64,000 bases of DNA from Planctomycetota bacterium (GCA_038060895.1 JBBTCT010000012.1:159579-223578); one strand, 5' to 3'; shown: positions 49,986 to 60,707, counted from the first letter of the stretch. Program-made: numbers and translations. Notes: generated by a model not told the origin, from the sequence alone.

Positions 49986-50648
49986 GTGCCGACAGGCTCG
50001 GAATTCATCGAGATCGTGAAGTCGGGGGACCTGGATCGCGTCCAGGCGGCGCTGGCGGCAGAGCCGGCGCTTGCGAATACCAGGAGCGAGTCCGGAAAGG
50101 CGGTCGCGCTTCTCGCGGCCTACCGCGGGCTGTCGGACATCGTGCAGGCGCTCCTCGCGGCAGGGGCAACCCTGGACCTTTTCGAAGCGTGCGCGGCGGG
50201 CGCGCTCGACCGCGTCAAAGACCTCGTGTCGCAGAATCCGGCCGCCGTGAAATCCTTCGCGCCCGACGGCTTCTCGCCGCTTCAGCTCGCCTGCTATTTC
50301 GGCCACGCGAAGGTCGCCCGCGCGCTCATCCTGGCCGGCGCGGAGATGGAAGCCGTCACGAAGAACCAGCTTTCCTACACGCCGCTCCAGGCCGCCGCCG
50401 CCAAAGCGCGCGCGGAAGTGGTGAACCTCCTGGTCGCCAGCGGCGCCGACGTCCATTCGCGCCAGTCCCCCTGCAAGCTCTCGCCTCTTCACCTGGCCGC
50501 GCAGTGCGGAAGCGGTGCCATCATCGACGCGCTGATCGACGCCGGAGCCGATCCGCGCGCGGCCGCCGACGGAAAAACGCCGGTCGCGCTCGCTGAAGCC
50601 GCCGGCCAGGCGCAGGCCGTGGACCTGCTCAAGCAGCGCGGCGGCTAG
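49986..50648 (+). CDS. Ankyrin-repeat protein
   Basis: GFSPLQLA, TPLQAA, SPLHLAA, KTPVALA; GTG start with GGAGG RBS. Confidence 0.88.
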   Translation: MPTGSEFIEIVKSGDLDRVQAALAAEPALANTRSESGKAVALLAAYRGLSDIVQALLAAGATLDLFEACAAGALDRVKDLVSQNPAAVKSFAPDGFSPLQLACYFGHAKVARALILAGAEMEAVTKNQLSYTPLQAAAAKARAEVVNLLVASGADVHSRQSPCKLSPLHLAAQCGSGAIIDALIDAGADPRAAADGKTPVALAEAAGQAQAVDLLKQRGG

Positions 50649-50665
50649 GCGACAGGATCTGGCCC

Positions 50666-52402
50666 ATGACCGACCCCCACCAGCCTCCTTTCGTCATCCC
50701 CGCCGGCACGCAGGTCGTGTTGCGCGTTGAAATCCAGGATGCTTCCGGCGCGCGGCTGCACCCGCATGGGGCAGTCGGCATCGTCGTGAAGGCACCGGCG
50801 GATGCGACGCATTCGTACCGGGTCCGATTCCCGGATGGATTCGAGGCGTCGCTCAAGCGCGTGGAACTCGACGTCAGGAAAACCGCTCCTCGGGAGGCGC
50901 TGGCCGATGCCGGGAAAGAGCTGGCGTCCGACGACCTCTTCGACCGCGTGATCTACCGAGTCGTGATCGGCTCGCGGGCGTACGGGCTCGACCACGCCGA
51001 ATCGGACACCGACCGCCGCGGCGTCTACCTGCCGCCGGCCGAACGGCACTGGTCGCTCTTCGGCGTCCCCGAACAGCTCGAGAACGACGCTTCGCAGGAA
51101 TGCTACTGGGAGCTGCAGAAGTTCCTGACGATGGCGCTCAAGGCAAACCCGAACGTGCTGGAGTGCCTGTGGTCGCCACTCGTCGAGACGGCCACGCCGC
51201 TCGCGCAGGAGATGCTCGCGATGCGCGGAGCGTTCCTGTCGAAGATGATCTACCAGACATACAACGGGTACGTGATGTCGCAGTTCCGGAAACTGGAGCA
51301 GGACCTGCGCAACCAGGGCGGGTTCCGCTGGAAGCACGCGATGCACCTCGTGCGGCTGCTGCTGTCGGGCGTCACGGCGCTTCGTGAAGGGCGCGTCCCC
51401 GTTCGCGTCGAGGAACACCGCGAACGGCTGCTTGCCATCCGGCGCGGCGAAACGCCCTGGATCGAGGTCGACGGCTGGCGCGTCGAGCTCCACAAGGAGT
51501 TCGACGAAGCGCTCGCGTCGTCGCCGCTTCCGGACCGGCCGGATTACGAGGCGGTCAACGCGTTCCTGGTGAGGGCGCGTCGAAGCGCCGCGATCGACGC
51601 TCGGCCGGTCGTCACGACCGCATCGCCGCCCGCACCCCCGAACGGGCTCATCATCGACCCTCGCGCCGTCGCGGTCGTCCGCGAGCAGCCGCACCGCCTG
51701 ATTTTCGCGACCGTCAGCGGGGCGCACCACTACGGCTTCCCTTCGCCCGACTCCGATTGGGATCTCCGCGGAGCGCACGTCCTGCCGATCGAAGAGACCT
51801 CCCGCCTCGACGTTCACGGTGAAACGGTCCAGTCAACCGCGATGCGCGACGGCCTGGAGGTTGACCTCGTGACGCACGACGTGCGGAAATTTTTCCAGAT
51901 GGTGCTGAAGCGCAACGGCTACGTGCTGGAGCAGATCTTCTCGCCGATCGTGGTCGCGACTTCGCCGGCCCACGAAGAGCTCAAGTCCATCGCGACGCGC
52001 TGCATCACGAAACACCACGCGCACCATTACTTCGGTTTCGCCGCGACCGAACGCGCCCTCTTCCGCAAGGAGGACCCGCCGCGCGTCAAGCCGCTCCTCT
52101 ACATCTACCGCGTGCTACTCACCGGAATTCACCTCATGAAGACCGGCGAAATCCTCGCTCACCTCCCCACTCTCGCGGCGGAAGCAAAGCTCGAATACCT
52201 GCACGAACTCATGCGCTTCAAGATCGAAGCGAAAGAACGCGCCGTCCTCGCGAAGGCGGATCTCGCTTTTCACGAGCGGGAACACGAGCGCCTTGAAGTG
52301 GCGCTCGAGGAAGCGTCCCAATCTAGCACTTTGCCCGAAGCGCCGCAGGGTCGCGCGGAGCTGGATGACCTGCTGGTCCGGATCCGGCTGGGGCGGGTCT
52401 GA
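50666..52402 (+). CDS. Tandem RlaP/YcgL-like (pol beta superfamily) nucleotidyltransferase fusion
   Basis: GSRAYGL...SDTDRRGVY and GAHHYGF...SDWDLRGAH, each followed by NPNVLE/NGYVLE motifs. Confidence 0.85.
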   Translation: MTDPHQPPFVIPAGTQVVLRVEIQDASGARLHPHGAVGIVVKAPADATHSYRVRFPDGFEASLKRVELDVRKTAPREALADAGKELASDDLFDRVIYRVVIGSRAYGLDHAESDTDRRGVYLPPAERHWSLFGVPEQLENDASQECYWELQKFLTMALKANPNVLECLWSPLVETATPLAQEMLAMRGAFLSKMIYQTYNGYVMSQFRKLEQDLRNQGGFRWKHAMHLVRLLLSGVTALREGRVPVRVEEHRERLLAIRRGETPWIEVDGWRVELHKEFDEALASSPLPDRPDYEAVNAFLVRARRSAAIDARPVVTTASPPAPPNGLIIDPRAVAVVREQPHRLIFATVSGAHHYGFPSPDSDWDLRGAHVLPIEETSRLDVHGETVQSTAMRDGLEVDLVTHDVRKFFQMVLKRNGYVLEQIFSPIVVATSPAHEELKSIATRCITKHHAHHYFGFAATERALFRKEDPPRVKPLLYIYRVLLTGIHLMKTGEILAHLPTLAAEAKLEYLHELMRFKIEAKERAVLAKADLAFHEREHERLEVALEEASQSSTLPEAPQGRAELDDLLVRIRLGRV

Positions 52403-52438
52403 TTCACACCTAAATGAGGCGTGCTGCGATCGGACGGC

Positions 52439-53761
52439 CTATACCTTCGACCCGTCCAGCAACCACTCATATGCCGGCTGAACGCGAACTCCGGGCACGC
52501 TGACGCGGACAACCGCATCGCGATCGAGAACCAGGAGCCGCTTCCTCGCGCGCGGATGTTCCTTTGCTGCGTCGGTGAAGGCCCGCATCTCACGCTCGCG
52601 AATTTCCGGCGGCGTCGGGTCCGCGCAGACCTGGATCAGTTCTTCGCCCGCGCCGCGGTGGCGCGCGAGAAAATCCACTTCGAATCCCCCGGCCGTGGAG
52701 ACGTAACCGATGTCTGTGCCGCGCCGCTCGAGCTCATTGAGGACGACGGTTTCGAGGGCGTGGCCCGTGTTCGCGCGGCCGCTCGTGTCGAACGCCCCGA
52801 TGAGGCCGGGATCGGCGGGATAGATCTTGCGGGGGTTGGTGTTGCGGCGGCGCTCTGAGTCGGTCGCAAGGGGAATGGCGCTGAGCAGGAAAGCGTCCGT
52901 GAGATGCCCAAGCAGCGCCTCGACTACAGTCCGCGCCGCGCCGTGACCCTGGGATTGAAGGTCGCGGCACAGGCGGTGGACGCTGAAGCTGCCGGCCGGA
53001 TTGCGCAGGCACTGCCGGACGATCCAGCGAAGAGCGGCGACCTGCGAAATCCCGTAGCGTTCCACCACGTCCCTGAACAGAACCGTGTCCACGTAACCCT
53101 GCAGGAGATCGAACCGGAGCGCAGGCGCGAGCCCCTGGACTTCGGGGAAGCCGCCCTCGACGAGGAACTCCCGAAAGCGCTTCTCGACGAGCGACCGCTC
53201 GGCCGCCGTCCACCGCCTGGCCTCCTTGGCCGGCTCTTCGCCGCGGTGACGCAGAAATTCGCGGAAACTGAAGGGCCGGATGACGGTCGCCATGCCGCGT
53301 CCCCGGAGTGACGTATGGACTTCCCGCGAGAGCATTCGGGCCGAGGACCCTGAAACGACGACTTCGACCTTTTCGGAGTCGAGGATGCGCCGGACGAAAC
53401 GATCCCAGCCCGGCACGAACTGGATTTCGTCGAGGAACCAGTGCACGGTTTCGCGGCCGCGCAGCGAGGGGTAGCGGCGGTAATGTTCCTCAAGCAGGAA
53501 GCCCAGCTGGTCCACTTCAATCCCTGCAAGCCGGTCGTCGTCGAAGCTGAGGTACAGGGAGCGTTCCGGCGGAAGCGAGGCACGACGCTCCTGGAGCAGT
53601 TGCCGGAGAAAGCTTGTTTTGCCTGCCCGGCGCATGCCGATGACGGCGTGGACCTTCCCCGGGACGGCGGGAAGCCTGGCGTCCCGCCGGGTGAGCGCAA
53701 GGGGCTGCAACGGCGCGAGGGCGGCGTTCAGCTTTTCCAGCAGCACGGAGAGCAGGGGCAT
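52439..53761 (-). CDS. AAA_14 + DUF4143 ATP-binding protein
   Basis: GMRRAGKT, LDEIQ, SGSS, PFSFREF, GGFPE, KIYPADPG, EVDF, IQVC. Confidence 0.92.
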   Translation of the reverse strand: MPLLSVLLEKLNAALAPLQPLALTRRDARLPAVPGKVHAVIGMRRAGKTSFLRQLLQERRASLPPERSLYLSFDDDRLAGIEVDQLGFLLEEHYRRYPSLRGRETVHWFLDEIQFVPGWDRFVRRILDSEKVEVVVSGSSARMLSREVHTSLRGRGMATVIRPFSFREFLRHRGEEPAKEARRWTAAERSLVEKRFREFLVEGGFPEVQGLAPALRFDLLQGYVDTVLFRDVVERYGISQVAALRWIVRQCLRNPAGSFSVHRLCRDLQSQGHGAARTVVEALLGHLTDAFLLSAIPLATDSERRRNTNPRKIYPADPGLIGAFDTSGRANTGHALETVVLNELERRGTDIGYVSTAGGFEVDFLARHRGAGEELIQVCADPTPPEIREREMRAFTDAAKEHPRARKRLLVLDRDAVVRVSVPGVRVQPAYEWLLDGSKV

Positions 53762-54031
53762 GGGCCGGAGTATGGCAGACAACTGGATTGTTTTCAAGTC
53801 CAGATCTATATAAAAGTGGATCTAAAATAAATCCAGATGTTCCTGCAAAGGACGGCTGCCGGCCGTCTCGGCCGGCCGAGGGGAGGGTCGCGCTTCGCGT
53901 CTTCCTGCGGAACCACACGTCTCCGGATACAAAATCGGATTTGAGTTTCTGTCCGCGGCGCCGCCCACATTGTCCTCGCCCGGAAGTTCGCGAGGCACCG
54001 GTGGTCCGCAGCCCCGTGCTAGGATGCGCCC

Positions 54032-57000
54032 GTGAGTGACGAACGGCGCGAGGACGGAACTTCGGCCGCGCAACCGGCAGGGTTGCCCGCGAGTCCTCTT
54101 CCCATGCCTTCCGCCTTCGATGCGACCGTGGTCGCCGGGAACGCATCGGCTGCGATTGCGCCTTCGGGCGCGAAGCCGGAAGCGGCGCCGCAGCGACTCG
54201 GCGGGTACCGGCTGCTGAAGAAGCTGGGAAGCGGAGGGATGGGAACGATCTATCTCGCGCTTCAAGAGTCGGTCGGGCGGCAGGTGGCGATCAAAGTGCT
54301 GCCGGAGAGTGCGTTCCACGACCCGGACGCGGTCGCGCGATTCCAGAGGGAAATCCAGGTGCTTGGGCAGCTCAAGCATCCCGGGATCTGTCCCGTGCTC
54401 GATTCGGGGCTGGACGGCCAGATCCACTACTACGTGATGGACTACATCCGCGGCATGGACTTGTCGCGGGTGCTCGGGACGCAACGCATGGACCCGCGGC
54501 GCGCCGCGACGATCGCGGCACAGGTCGCGCAGGCGCTTCATTCTGCCCACCAGGCCGGCGTCGTGCATCGCGACATCAAGCCACTGAACATCATGCTGAC
54601 GCGCGGCGAAAAACCGAGGGATGCGCGCGGCGACCAGGCGGACTCGACGTCGTTCGGCGGCGCCATCAAGCGCTTCTTCTCATGGGCCTCCGTGACGGGC
54701 CGGCGCGCCGACGCGGCGCCGGCAACGGTGACGCCATCCAATCCGGAAGGGACGCTCGAGGCGGGAATGCCGTCGCCGGAGTGGCGCGACCGCGCGGTGC
54801 TGATCGACTTCGGGCTCGCGCGGGATGGCGCATCGACAACGCAGTTGACGATGAGCGGCGCCCTGATGGGGACGCCGTCGTACATGGCTCCCGAGCAGGC
54901 CCGCGGCGACCGGAAAGCGATCGGACCGGCGACGGATGTCTACGGGCTCGGCGCCAGCCTCTACGAAATGCTCACGACCCGGCCTCCCTTTGTCGGCGAG
55001 ACGATGGGCGAAGTCATCGAGAAAGTCGCCAGCGAAGAACCCGTTCCGATCCGGCGACTGAACCCGCTGGTCGATCGCGACCTCGAGACCATCGTCCAGA
55101 AGGCGATGGAAAAAGAGCCCGCACGCCGCTACGCCGACGCGGGCGCGATGGCGCAGGATCTCGATCACTGGCTGGCAGGCGAGGGCATCCAGGCGCGGCG
55201 CGCGAGCCTGGCCTACCGCATCCGGAAGCGCGTGCTCCGCAACAAGCTCGCTTCCGGGGCGATCGCCGCCGCGGCTGTCCTGGCTGCCGTCGGTGCATGG
55301 GCCACGCTTTCGCCCGGCGAAATCGTGCTGCAGGGTCGCCATCTCGAAGGGGCGACGGTTCTCATGGACGGAGTCCCGGTCAAGGGGACGCACATCCGTG
55401 CATGGCCGGGCCGCCACAGGATCCGGGTCTCGAAGCAGGAGTGGGTCGACTTCCCCGGGGAAGTCGAGGTGACCGCGCGGAAGCGGACGGAACTCGAGGT
55501 CGTGTTGATTTCCCGTTACGGAGCGATCTCCGTGACGTCCGAACCGCCGGGCGCGGAAGTCCGGGACCGGGGCGTGCTCCTCGGTGTCACGCCTCTTCGC
55601 GACCACCGGGTGTTGACGGGCGAGCGCTACCTCGAACTCAAGCTCGCGAACTACGAGTCGACCTCCTTCCTGATCAACGTCCGGGCGGGCGACTCGTCCC
55701 CTGAAGTCTTGCGGAACCTGAGGCATGAGACCGGGACCATGACGCTGACCTCGGACCCGCCGGAGCTCGGAATCGACCTGTTCCCCGAAGGGACAGAAAA
55801 GAAGATCATCGCCGCCGCGCCCGCCGTGAGATTTCCGCTTCCCACCGGCCGCTACCGCGTCGTCGCGCACGCGAGAAATCACTTTCCCCGCGAATTCATG
55901 CTGGAGATCCGGGCGGGGCAGGAAGTGAAGCGGAACATCACGCTGACGTCCTTGATGCGCTGGAGGACGACGGCGGACCTGGTTGCGGAGGGGGTGGCAG
56001 CCGGGGATCTGAACGGAGACGGGCGGCCGGACGTGGTGCTGGCGAGCAAGACGCCGCCCCGGATCCGGGCGATGGACGGGCGGAGCGGCGAGTTGATGTG
56101 GATCGTGCGCAAACCCCCGCTGACCGCGAGCTACGGGCTGCCTCTGAACCTGAGCGACCTCGATGGGGACCTGGTGCCGGAAGTGGTGTACGCGGCCGGA
56201 GACCGTCTGGTGGCACTGGACGGGCGGACCGGGGTGGAGAAGTCGGCGTGGGACTTTCCAGGGCTGCGTGACGCGATTGACTGGGGGGATCTCAACGGCG
56301 ACGGAGTCCCCGACTTCGTGGGCCACACGAGGAGCGCCATTTTTGCGCTGAGCGGCGCAGACGCGCGGCCGATCTGGTCGGTATCCACGGCGGGCACGCC
56401 GCCCTACGGCCGCGGGGACGTGGACGGCGACGGGAAGCCGGATGTCGTGGTGGTGAACACGGGAAGAGGAATGGAAGGGCTCGAGGGGCGGTCGGGGCGC
56501 AGTCTGTGGTGCCGCAAGGGGTGGGAGAGCAACGCCGCGGTGACCTGCGTGGACGTCAACGGGGACGGGAAGGACGACGTCCTGTCAGTCTCGAACCACG
56601 CCGGGCCGACCGCTATCAGCGGGCTGGACGGCTCGACGCTCTGGACGGTCCAGCACGACGACTACGAAATGATTCTGCCCGTCGTGACGGCTGACCTGGA
56701 CGGCGATGGAAAACTCGAAGCGGTTTTCTGCCGCGGGCCGTTGCTCGAGCTGCGGGATGCCGCCACCGGGGTCTTGATCAAGATGCACGAGATTGCGCCC
56801 GGGTGTCCCCCCGCGGTCTATGACGTCGATGGAGACGGCCGCCCCGAGCTCGTGATGACTGCAGCCGGGACCGTCCTCGCCATCGACCCCTTCACGGGCG
56901 ACGTGCCCTGGCAATTCGACTCGAACACCACCGCGACGATGAACGTGCCGCTCCTGGATGACTTCGACGGGGACGGCCTCCAGGACTTCATCCTGCTCTC

Positions 57001-59161
57001 GCACGACGGCACGGTCGCGGCCGTCAACGCCGTCGAGCCCCCGGTGCTGTGGCGCCAGGGCTCAGCCCACATGCACACGGCAGAGCCGGAAGTCCTGGGG
57101 GACCCGGCTCAATACGTGTTCCTCGCCGGGTATCCCCAGCGCCTCCTCGACCCGGCCGATGGACGCGTCCTCTTCGAGGGCCAGTTCCCTCTCTGCAAGA
57201 TGTCCAGCGTCTACTCCTCCACCCCTCCTTACCGCATCGCCCTGGACGGCCTGGAACGGGCGCTCCTGCAGATCGACGAGAATCCCGTCCGGCTCACGCA
57301 GGTCTGGAAGCATCTGGACTGCGCAGTCCTGTCTTCACCGGCCCTGGTGGACGTCAACGGCGACGGCGTCCTCGACTTCCTGTGCGGAGACGGGGAAGGC
57401 GGGCCTGGCGTGCGCGCCGCCGATGGACGCACCGGCGATCTCCTCTGGAACGCTCCCCTCGCGCGACCGTGGCGCGGGGATATCGCGGCCTGGGAGGGAC
57501 TCGTCTGGATCCCCGCCGAAAATGCGCTTCACGGCGTCGATCCCGCCACGGGAAAGGTGACCCGGACCCTGGATCTCGGCGGCCGGGCCCAGGGAGGCGT
57601 CCTGTCGGAAGGCGACCTGGTCGGCTTCAACATCGGCGGCCGCGTCATTCGCTTCCATGCCTCCGCCGGCGGCATCAGCGAAGCGTGGCGCCGCGAGCTG
57701 GCGATCGGGCTGGGACCGCGCTCCGTGGCCGCCCAGGGACCGCACATCGTTGCGTTCGGCGGACGCGCCACGGTCATCGAACTGGACGCGAAGTCCGGTG
57801 AAGAACGGTGGCGGCGGGTGGTGGAGCAGGGTGGCGGCGGCGGGCCCGGACTGCGCGATCTCGACGGCGACGGGTTCCCGGAAGTCGCGGTTTCGAGTTT
57901 CGACGTCGGGTGGGTGTGGGTTCTCGAAGGCAAGACCGGCGAGATCATCTGGGCCTGGAGAACCGGCGCTTCGAACGGCTGGTCCCGCCCGGCCTGGGCC
58001 GACCTGGATGCGGACGGCGAGCCGGAACTCCTCTGTTCGTTCCGCGACGGTCGCGCCTACGCGTGGACGGTCCGCCCTCGACGCAGGACCCCGGTTTCCA
58101 TTCTGCGGCCGGACGGCAACCCCTTCAACGCCGCGCGGGAATCCGCCGCGGAACTTCGCCGCCGCGCCGCGGTGACCGCGCGTACCAGCGGCCGCCACCG
58201 GGACATCCTCGACCTCGCCGCCGGGACTACCGACCCGTTTCTTGCGGCCGAAGCGGCCTGCGCCGCCGCGCGCCTGGGTGACGCCGCCGCCGCCCGGTCG
58301 TTCGCCGATCTCGCCCGCTCGCTCCATGTCCGGCGCCTGGACGTCGATCTCGCCGCGTGCCTCGCCGATCCTCCGGAAGCGCGGATCGCGTCGTTCAAGC
58401 GCGCCTTGCTTGCGGCGCCAGCCAGCCAGATCGCCGCGACGCCGCCCCCCGTGGCGGCGCCAGCGGACTGGCGTCCCGCCCTCGTGGCCGCGGCGATCGA
58501 CGCCGAACAGGCCTCCGACTGGGAGCGCGCCGTCGCTCTTCATGGCGCCGCCGGCGACTACCCCTCGGCGCTCTCGGCGTTCGACCGGGCCTCCCGGGAC
58601 CGCGCCCCCTCCTCACGCCTCCGCCTCGCCCTCGGCCGCGCCGCCGTGGCAGCCGATGAATTCACCGCCGCCCGCACCCAATTCCGCGACGTCCTCGCCG
58701 ATCCCACGCTCGCCGCCACCGCGCAATTCGAACTCGATGCCCTCTTCCGCCTCGGCGAACAGCTCCGCAGCGAAATGCGGACCGCCTTCGCGACCGGCCA
58801 GTACGAAAAGGGCTCCGCCGCGGGCGATCGCTTCGTCAAGCTCCGCCCTGCCGACGCCGCTGCCTGGAACGAATACGCTTGGGACGCCGCCACCGCCGCT
58901 TCACTGCCTCCCGACATCGCCCGCCGCGCCCTTGCCGCGGCCCGAAGAGCCGTGCAGCTCCTCGACGAACAGGGCGCCGGCCCCGGCGACGAACGCGGCG
59001 GGGTCCTCGACACCCTGGCAGCGGCCCTCTTCGCCGCAGGTGAGTTCGAGGAAGCGGTGCGCGTGCAGCGGGAAGCGGTCGGAATGGTGAGCGGGGAAAC
59101 CGAGCGCTCCGACCTGCAGCAGCGCCTCCTGAAGTACGAACGGACCCTGCAGGGCCAGTAG
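54032..59161 (+). CDS. Membrane Ser/Thr protein kinase with PEGA, FG-GAP/PQQ-like propeller and TPR domains
   Basis: GSGGMG, VAIK, HRDIKPLN, DFG, GTPSYMAPE; TM; SEPPGA PEGA; many DxxGDG repeats; LDTLAAA TPR. Confidence 0.92.
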   Translation: MSDERREDGTSAAQPAGLPASPLPMPSAFDATVVAGNASAAIAPSGAKPEAAPQRLGGYRLLKKLGSGGMGTIYLALQESVGRQVAIKVLPESAFHDPDAVARFQREIQVLGQLKHPGICPVLDSGLDGQIHYYVMDYIRGMDLSRVLGTQRMDPRRAATIAAQVAQALHSAHQAGVVHRDIKPLNIMLTRGEKPRDARGDQADSTSFGGAIKRFFSWASVTGRRADAAPATVTPSNPEGTLEAGMPSPEWRDRAVLIDFGLARDGASTTQLTMSGALMGTPSYMAPEQARGDRKAIGPATDVYGLGASLYEMLTTRPPFVGETMGEVIEKVASEEPVPIRRLNPLVDRDLETIVQKAMEKEPARRYADAGAMAQDLDHWLAGEGIQARRASLAYRIRKRVLRNKLASGAIAAAAVLAAVGAWATLSPGEIVLQGRHLEGATVLMDGVPVKGTHIRAWPGRHRIRVSKQEWVDFPGEVEVTARKRTELEVVLISRYGAISVTSEPPGAEVRDRGVLLGVTPLRDHRVLTGERYLELKLANYESTSFLINVRAGDSSPEVLRNLRHETGTMTLTSDPPELGIDLFPEGTEKKIIAAAPAVRFPLPTGRYRVVAHARNHFPREFMLEIRAGQEVKRNITLTSLMRWRTTADLVAEGVAAGDLNGDGRPDVVLASKTPPRIRAMDGRSGELMWIVRKPPLTASYGLPLNLSDLDGDLVPEVVYAAGDRLVALDGRTGVEKSAWDFPGLRDAIDWGDLNGDGVPDFVGHTRSAIFALSGADARPIWSVSTAGTPPYGRGDVDGDGKPDVVVVNTGRGMEGLEGRSGRSLWCRKGWESNAAVTCVDVNGDGKDDVLSVSNHAGPTAISGLDGSTLWTVQHDDYEMILPVVTADLDGDGKLEAVFCRGPLLELRDAATGVLIKMHEIAPGCPPAVYDVDGDGRPELVMTAAGTVLAIDPFTGDVPWQFDSNTTATMNVPLLDDFDGDGLQDFILLSHDGTVAAVNAVEPPVLWRQGSAHMHTAEPEVLGDPAQYVFLAGYPQRLLDPADGRVLFEGQFPLCKMSSVYSSTPPYRIALDGLERALLQIDENPVRLTQVWKHLDCAVLSSPALVDVNGDGVLDFLCGDGEGGPGVRAADGRTGDLLWNAPLARPWRGDIAAWEGLVWIPAENALHGVDPATGKVTRTLDLGGRAQGGVLSEGDLVGFNIGGRVIRFHASAGGISEAWRRELAIGLGPRSVAAQGPHIVAFGGRATVIELDAKSGEERWRRVVEQGGGGGPGLRDLDGDGFPEVAVSSFDVGWVWVLEGKTGEIIWAWRTGASNGWSRPAWADLDADGEPELLCSFRDGRAYAWTVRPRRRTPVSILRPDGNPFNAARESAAELRRRAAVTARTSGRHRDILDLAAGTTDPFLAAEAACAAARLGDAAAARSFADLARSLHVRRLDVDLAACLADPPEARIASFKRALLAAPASQIAATPPPVAAPADWRPALVAAAIDAEQASDWERAVALHGAAGDYPSALSAFDRASRDRAPSSRLRLALGRAAVAADEFTAARTQFRDVLADPTLAATAQFELDALFRLGEQLRSEMRTAFATGQYEKGSAAGDRFVKLRPADAAAWNEYAWDAATAASLPPDIARRALAAARRAVQLLDEQGAGPGDERGGVLDTLAAALFAAGEFEEAVRVQREAVGMVSGETERSDLQQRLLKYERTLQGQ

Positions 59162-59164
59162 AGC

Positions 59165-60457
59165 CTACTTCGGCGCTTCGACGATCCTCAGCGCAAACGG
59201 CATCGCGGCCGTGCGATACGCGTCCACCACCTTGCGCTCCTTTTCACTGAAGGCGTGGCGCCACCAGACCCGGCCGTCCTTGGCGTGCTCCTTGGGCTGC
59301 GGTGTAATTTCCGTGACGAACACGACGTCGTCCACGACCACCTCGCATTGAAATTTCCCGCTGGCCTTGAGCGCCGCCTTGAGCCGCGCTTCGGCAGCCT
59401 CGCTGATGACGTAGAAGTCCGCCGTGGACTCCGGCTTGTCCTTGTACGGCGGGAGAATCTCCGTGCGCGAAATCACCGGGGCCACGCGCATCAGCGTCGC
59501 CTCGCGAGGCGCGTCGGGGCCGTCCACATTAAAGCGGACCCGGCGGACCCATTTCGCGCCGGCCGGCGCCTTCGCGGAGGCGATCTCGGCATCCGGCGGG
59601 ACGAAGAACTGCTCTTTTTCGCCGGCCGTCGCGAAGTAGTACAGGCGCATCTCAAACGACTTGCTCGCGTAGCGCGCCAGGGAGCCGACGGTCTGCACCA
59701 TCGTCGCCGTAAAGCCCCCTTCGACGTCAAGCCGGACGCGGACGACGCCGTCGGCGCCCGCCTCGGCCAGCGCCTTGACGCCGTCGTAGCCGTAGGTCTT
59801 GCAACGCGACGCCATCTGCTTCGCGGCCTTGTCGAGCTCGGCTTGCGTCGATCCCTCCGGCGCCGCGAGCCAGATGGTCGCGCAGTCCGCGAAATTCTGC
59901 GGTCCAGGGTCGGGCCTCGGATCGGGTTTCGGAACCGGCTTCGGCTCCGGCCGGGGGTCGGGCTTCGGATCCGGCTTCGGATCCGGCTTTGGGTCCGGTT
60001 TCGGATCAACCGGCGGCCCCTTCAGCGCCTGCCCTTCCCGAGCCAGCTTCCTCAACTCGTGGATCCGCTTCGTCACGCCGTCGAAGTCCTTCCTCCGGTC
60101 CGGATAAACCTCCGCCCCGTCCGCCGCTTCCAGCTCGGGGTCGAACAACATGTCCACCACCGCCTTCATGTCCGGATTCGGGTCCGCCGCCTTCTTTCCC
60201 GCGTCGTACCGCTCCTTGGCCTTCGCCACCGCGTCATCCAGCTTCGCCAGCATCGCTTCCGCCTTCGGGTACACCGCCTTTACGTCCGATTTCTTCACGA
60301 CGATGCCGTCCGGGAAGCGGTCACTCTTGATCCGCCAGGAGTCGCCTTCCTCCGTGACGTCGCCGACGAAGCGTTCGCCGGATTTGAGGACGACGGCGTC
60401 GGAGCGGGCGAGAAGTGCGCTCGCGAGGAGAATTGCGGCCGACATGAAGGGCTTCAT
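59165..60457 (-). CDS. Secreted hypothetical protein with (PKPD)n linker
   Basis: Signal peptide, DAVVLKSGERFVG small beta domain, PKPD/PRPE repeats. Confidence 0.7.
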   Translation of the reverse strand: MKPFMSAAILLASALLARSDAVVLKSGERFVGDVTEEGDSWRIKSDRFPDGIVVKKSDVKAVYPKAEAMLAKLDDAVAKAKERYDAGKKAADPNPDMKAVVDMLFDPELEAADGAEVYPDRRKDFDGVTKRIHELRKLAREGQALKGPPVDPKPDPKPDPKPDPKPDPRPEPKPVPKPDPRPDPGPQNFADCATIWLAAPEGSTQAELDKAAKQMASRCKTYGYDGVKALAEAGADGVVRVRLDVEGGFTATMVQTVGSLARYASKSFEMRLYYFATAGEKEQFFVPPDAEIASAKAPAGAKWVRRVRFNVDGPDAPREATLMRVAPVISRTEILPPYKDKPESTADFYVISEAAEARLKAALKASGKFQCEVVVDDVVFVTEITPQPKEHAKDGRVWWRHAFSEKERKVVDAYRTAAMPFALRIVEAPK

Positions 60458-60707
60458 AGCGGGGGGAAGTGTATCACCGGAGGCCGTGCCGACGAATTGG
60501 CTGGGAAGGAGAGTCGCCCTGCATCGCGCCGGGCCCGCGTGAATTCCTGAAGACTTTACGTAGTTGACCGCTTTTTCATTTTTGAATTCCGCGCACGCAC
60601 CTATACTTTGGAGGGGGAATGGGTTCCCGGCCGGCAGCCGAACCCGAGGGGTGCCGGCGTCCAGTCGCCGGCGCGACGAACGCCACTGTCAGGGAACGCA
60701 GCCGACC

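Noticed and set aside
52439-53840. AAA/DUF4143 gene with an AT-rich palindromic upstream region as a mobile element
   Set aside because: No transposase, terminal repeats or target duplication seen; common stand-alone family
60610-60707. Cobalamin or c-di-GMP riboswitch before the diguanylate cyclase
   Set aside because: Only fragments (GGGAA, GCCACTG) match; no B12 box or GEMM core recognised
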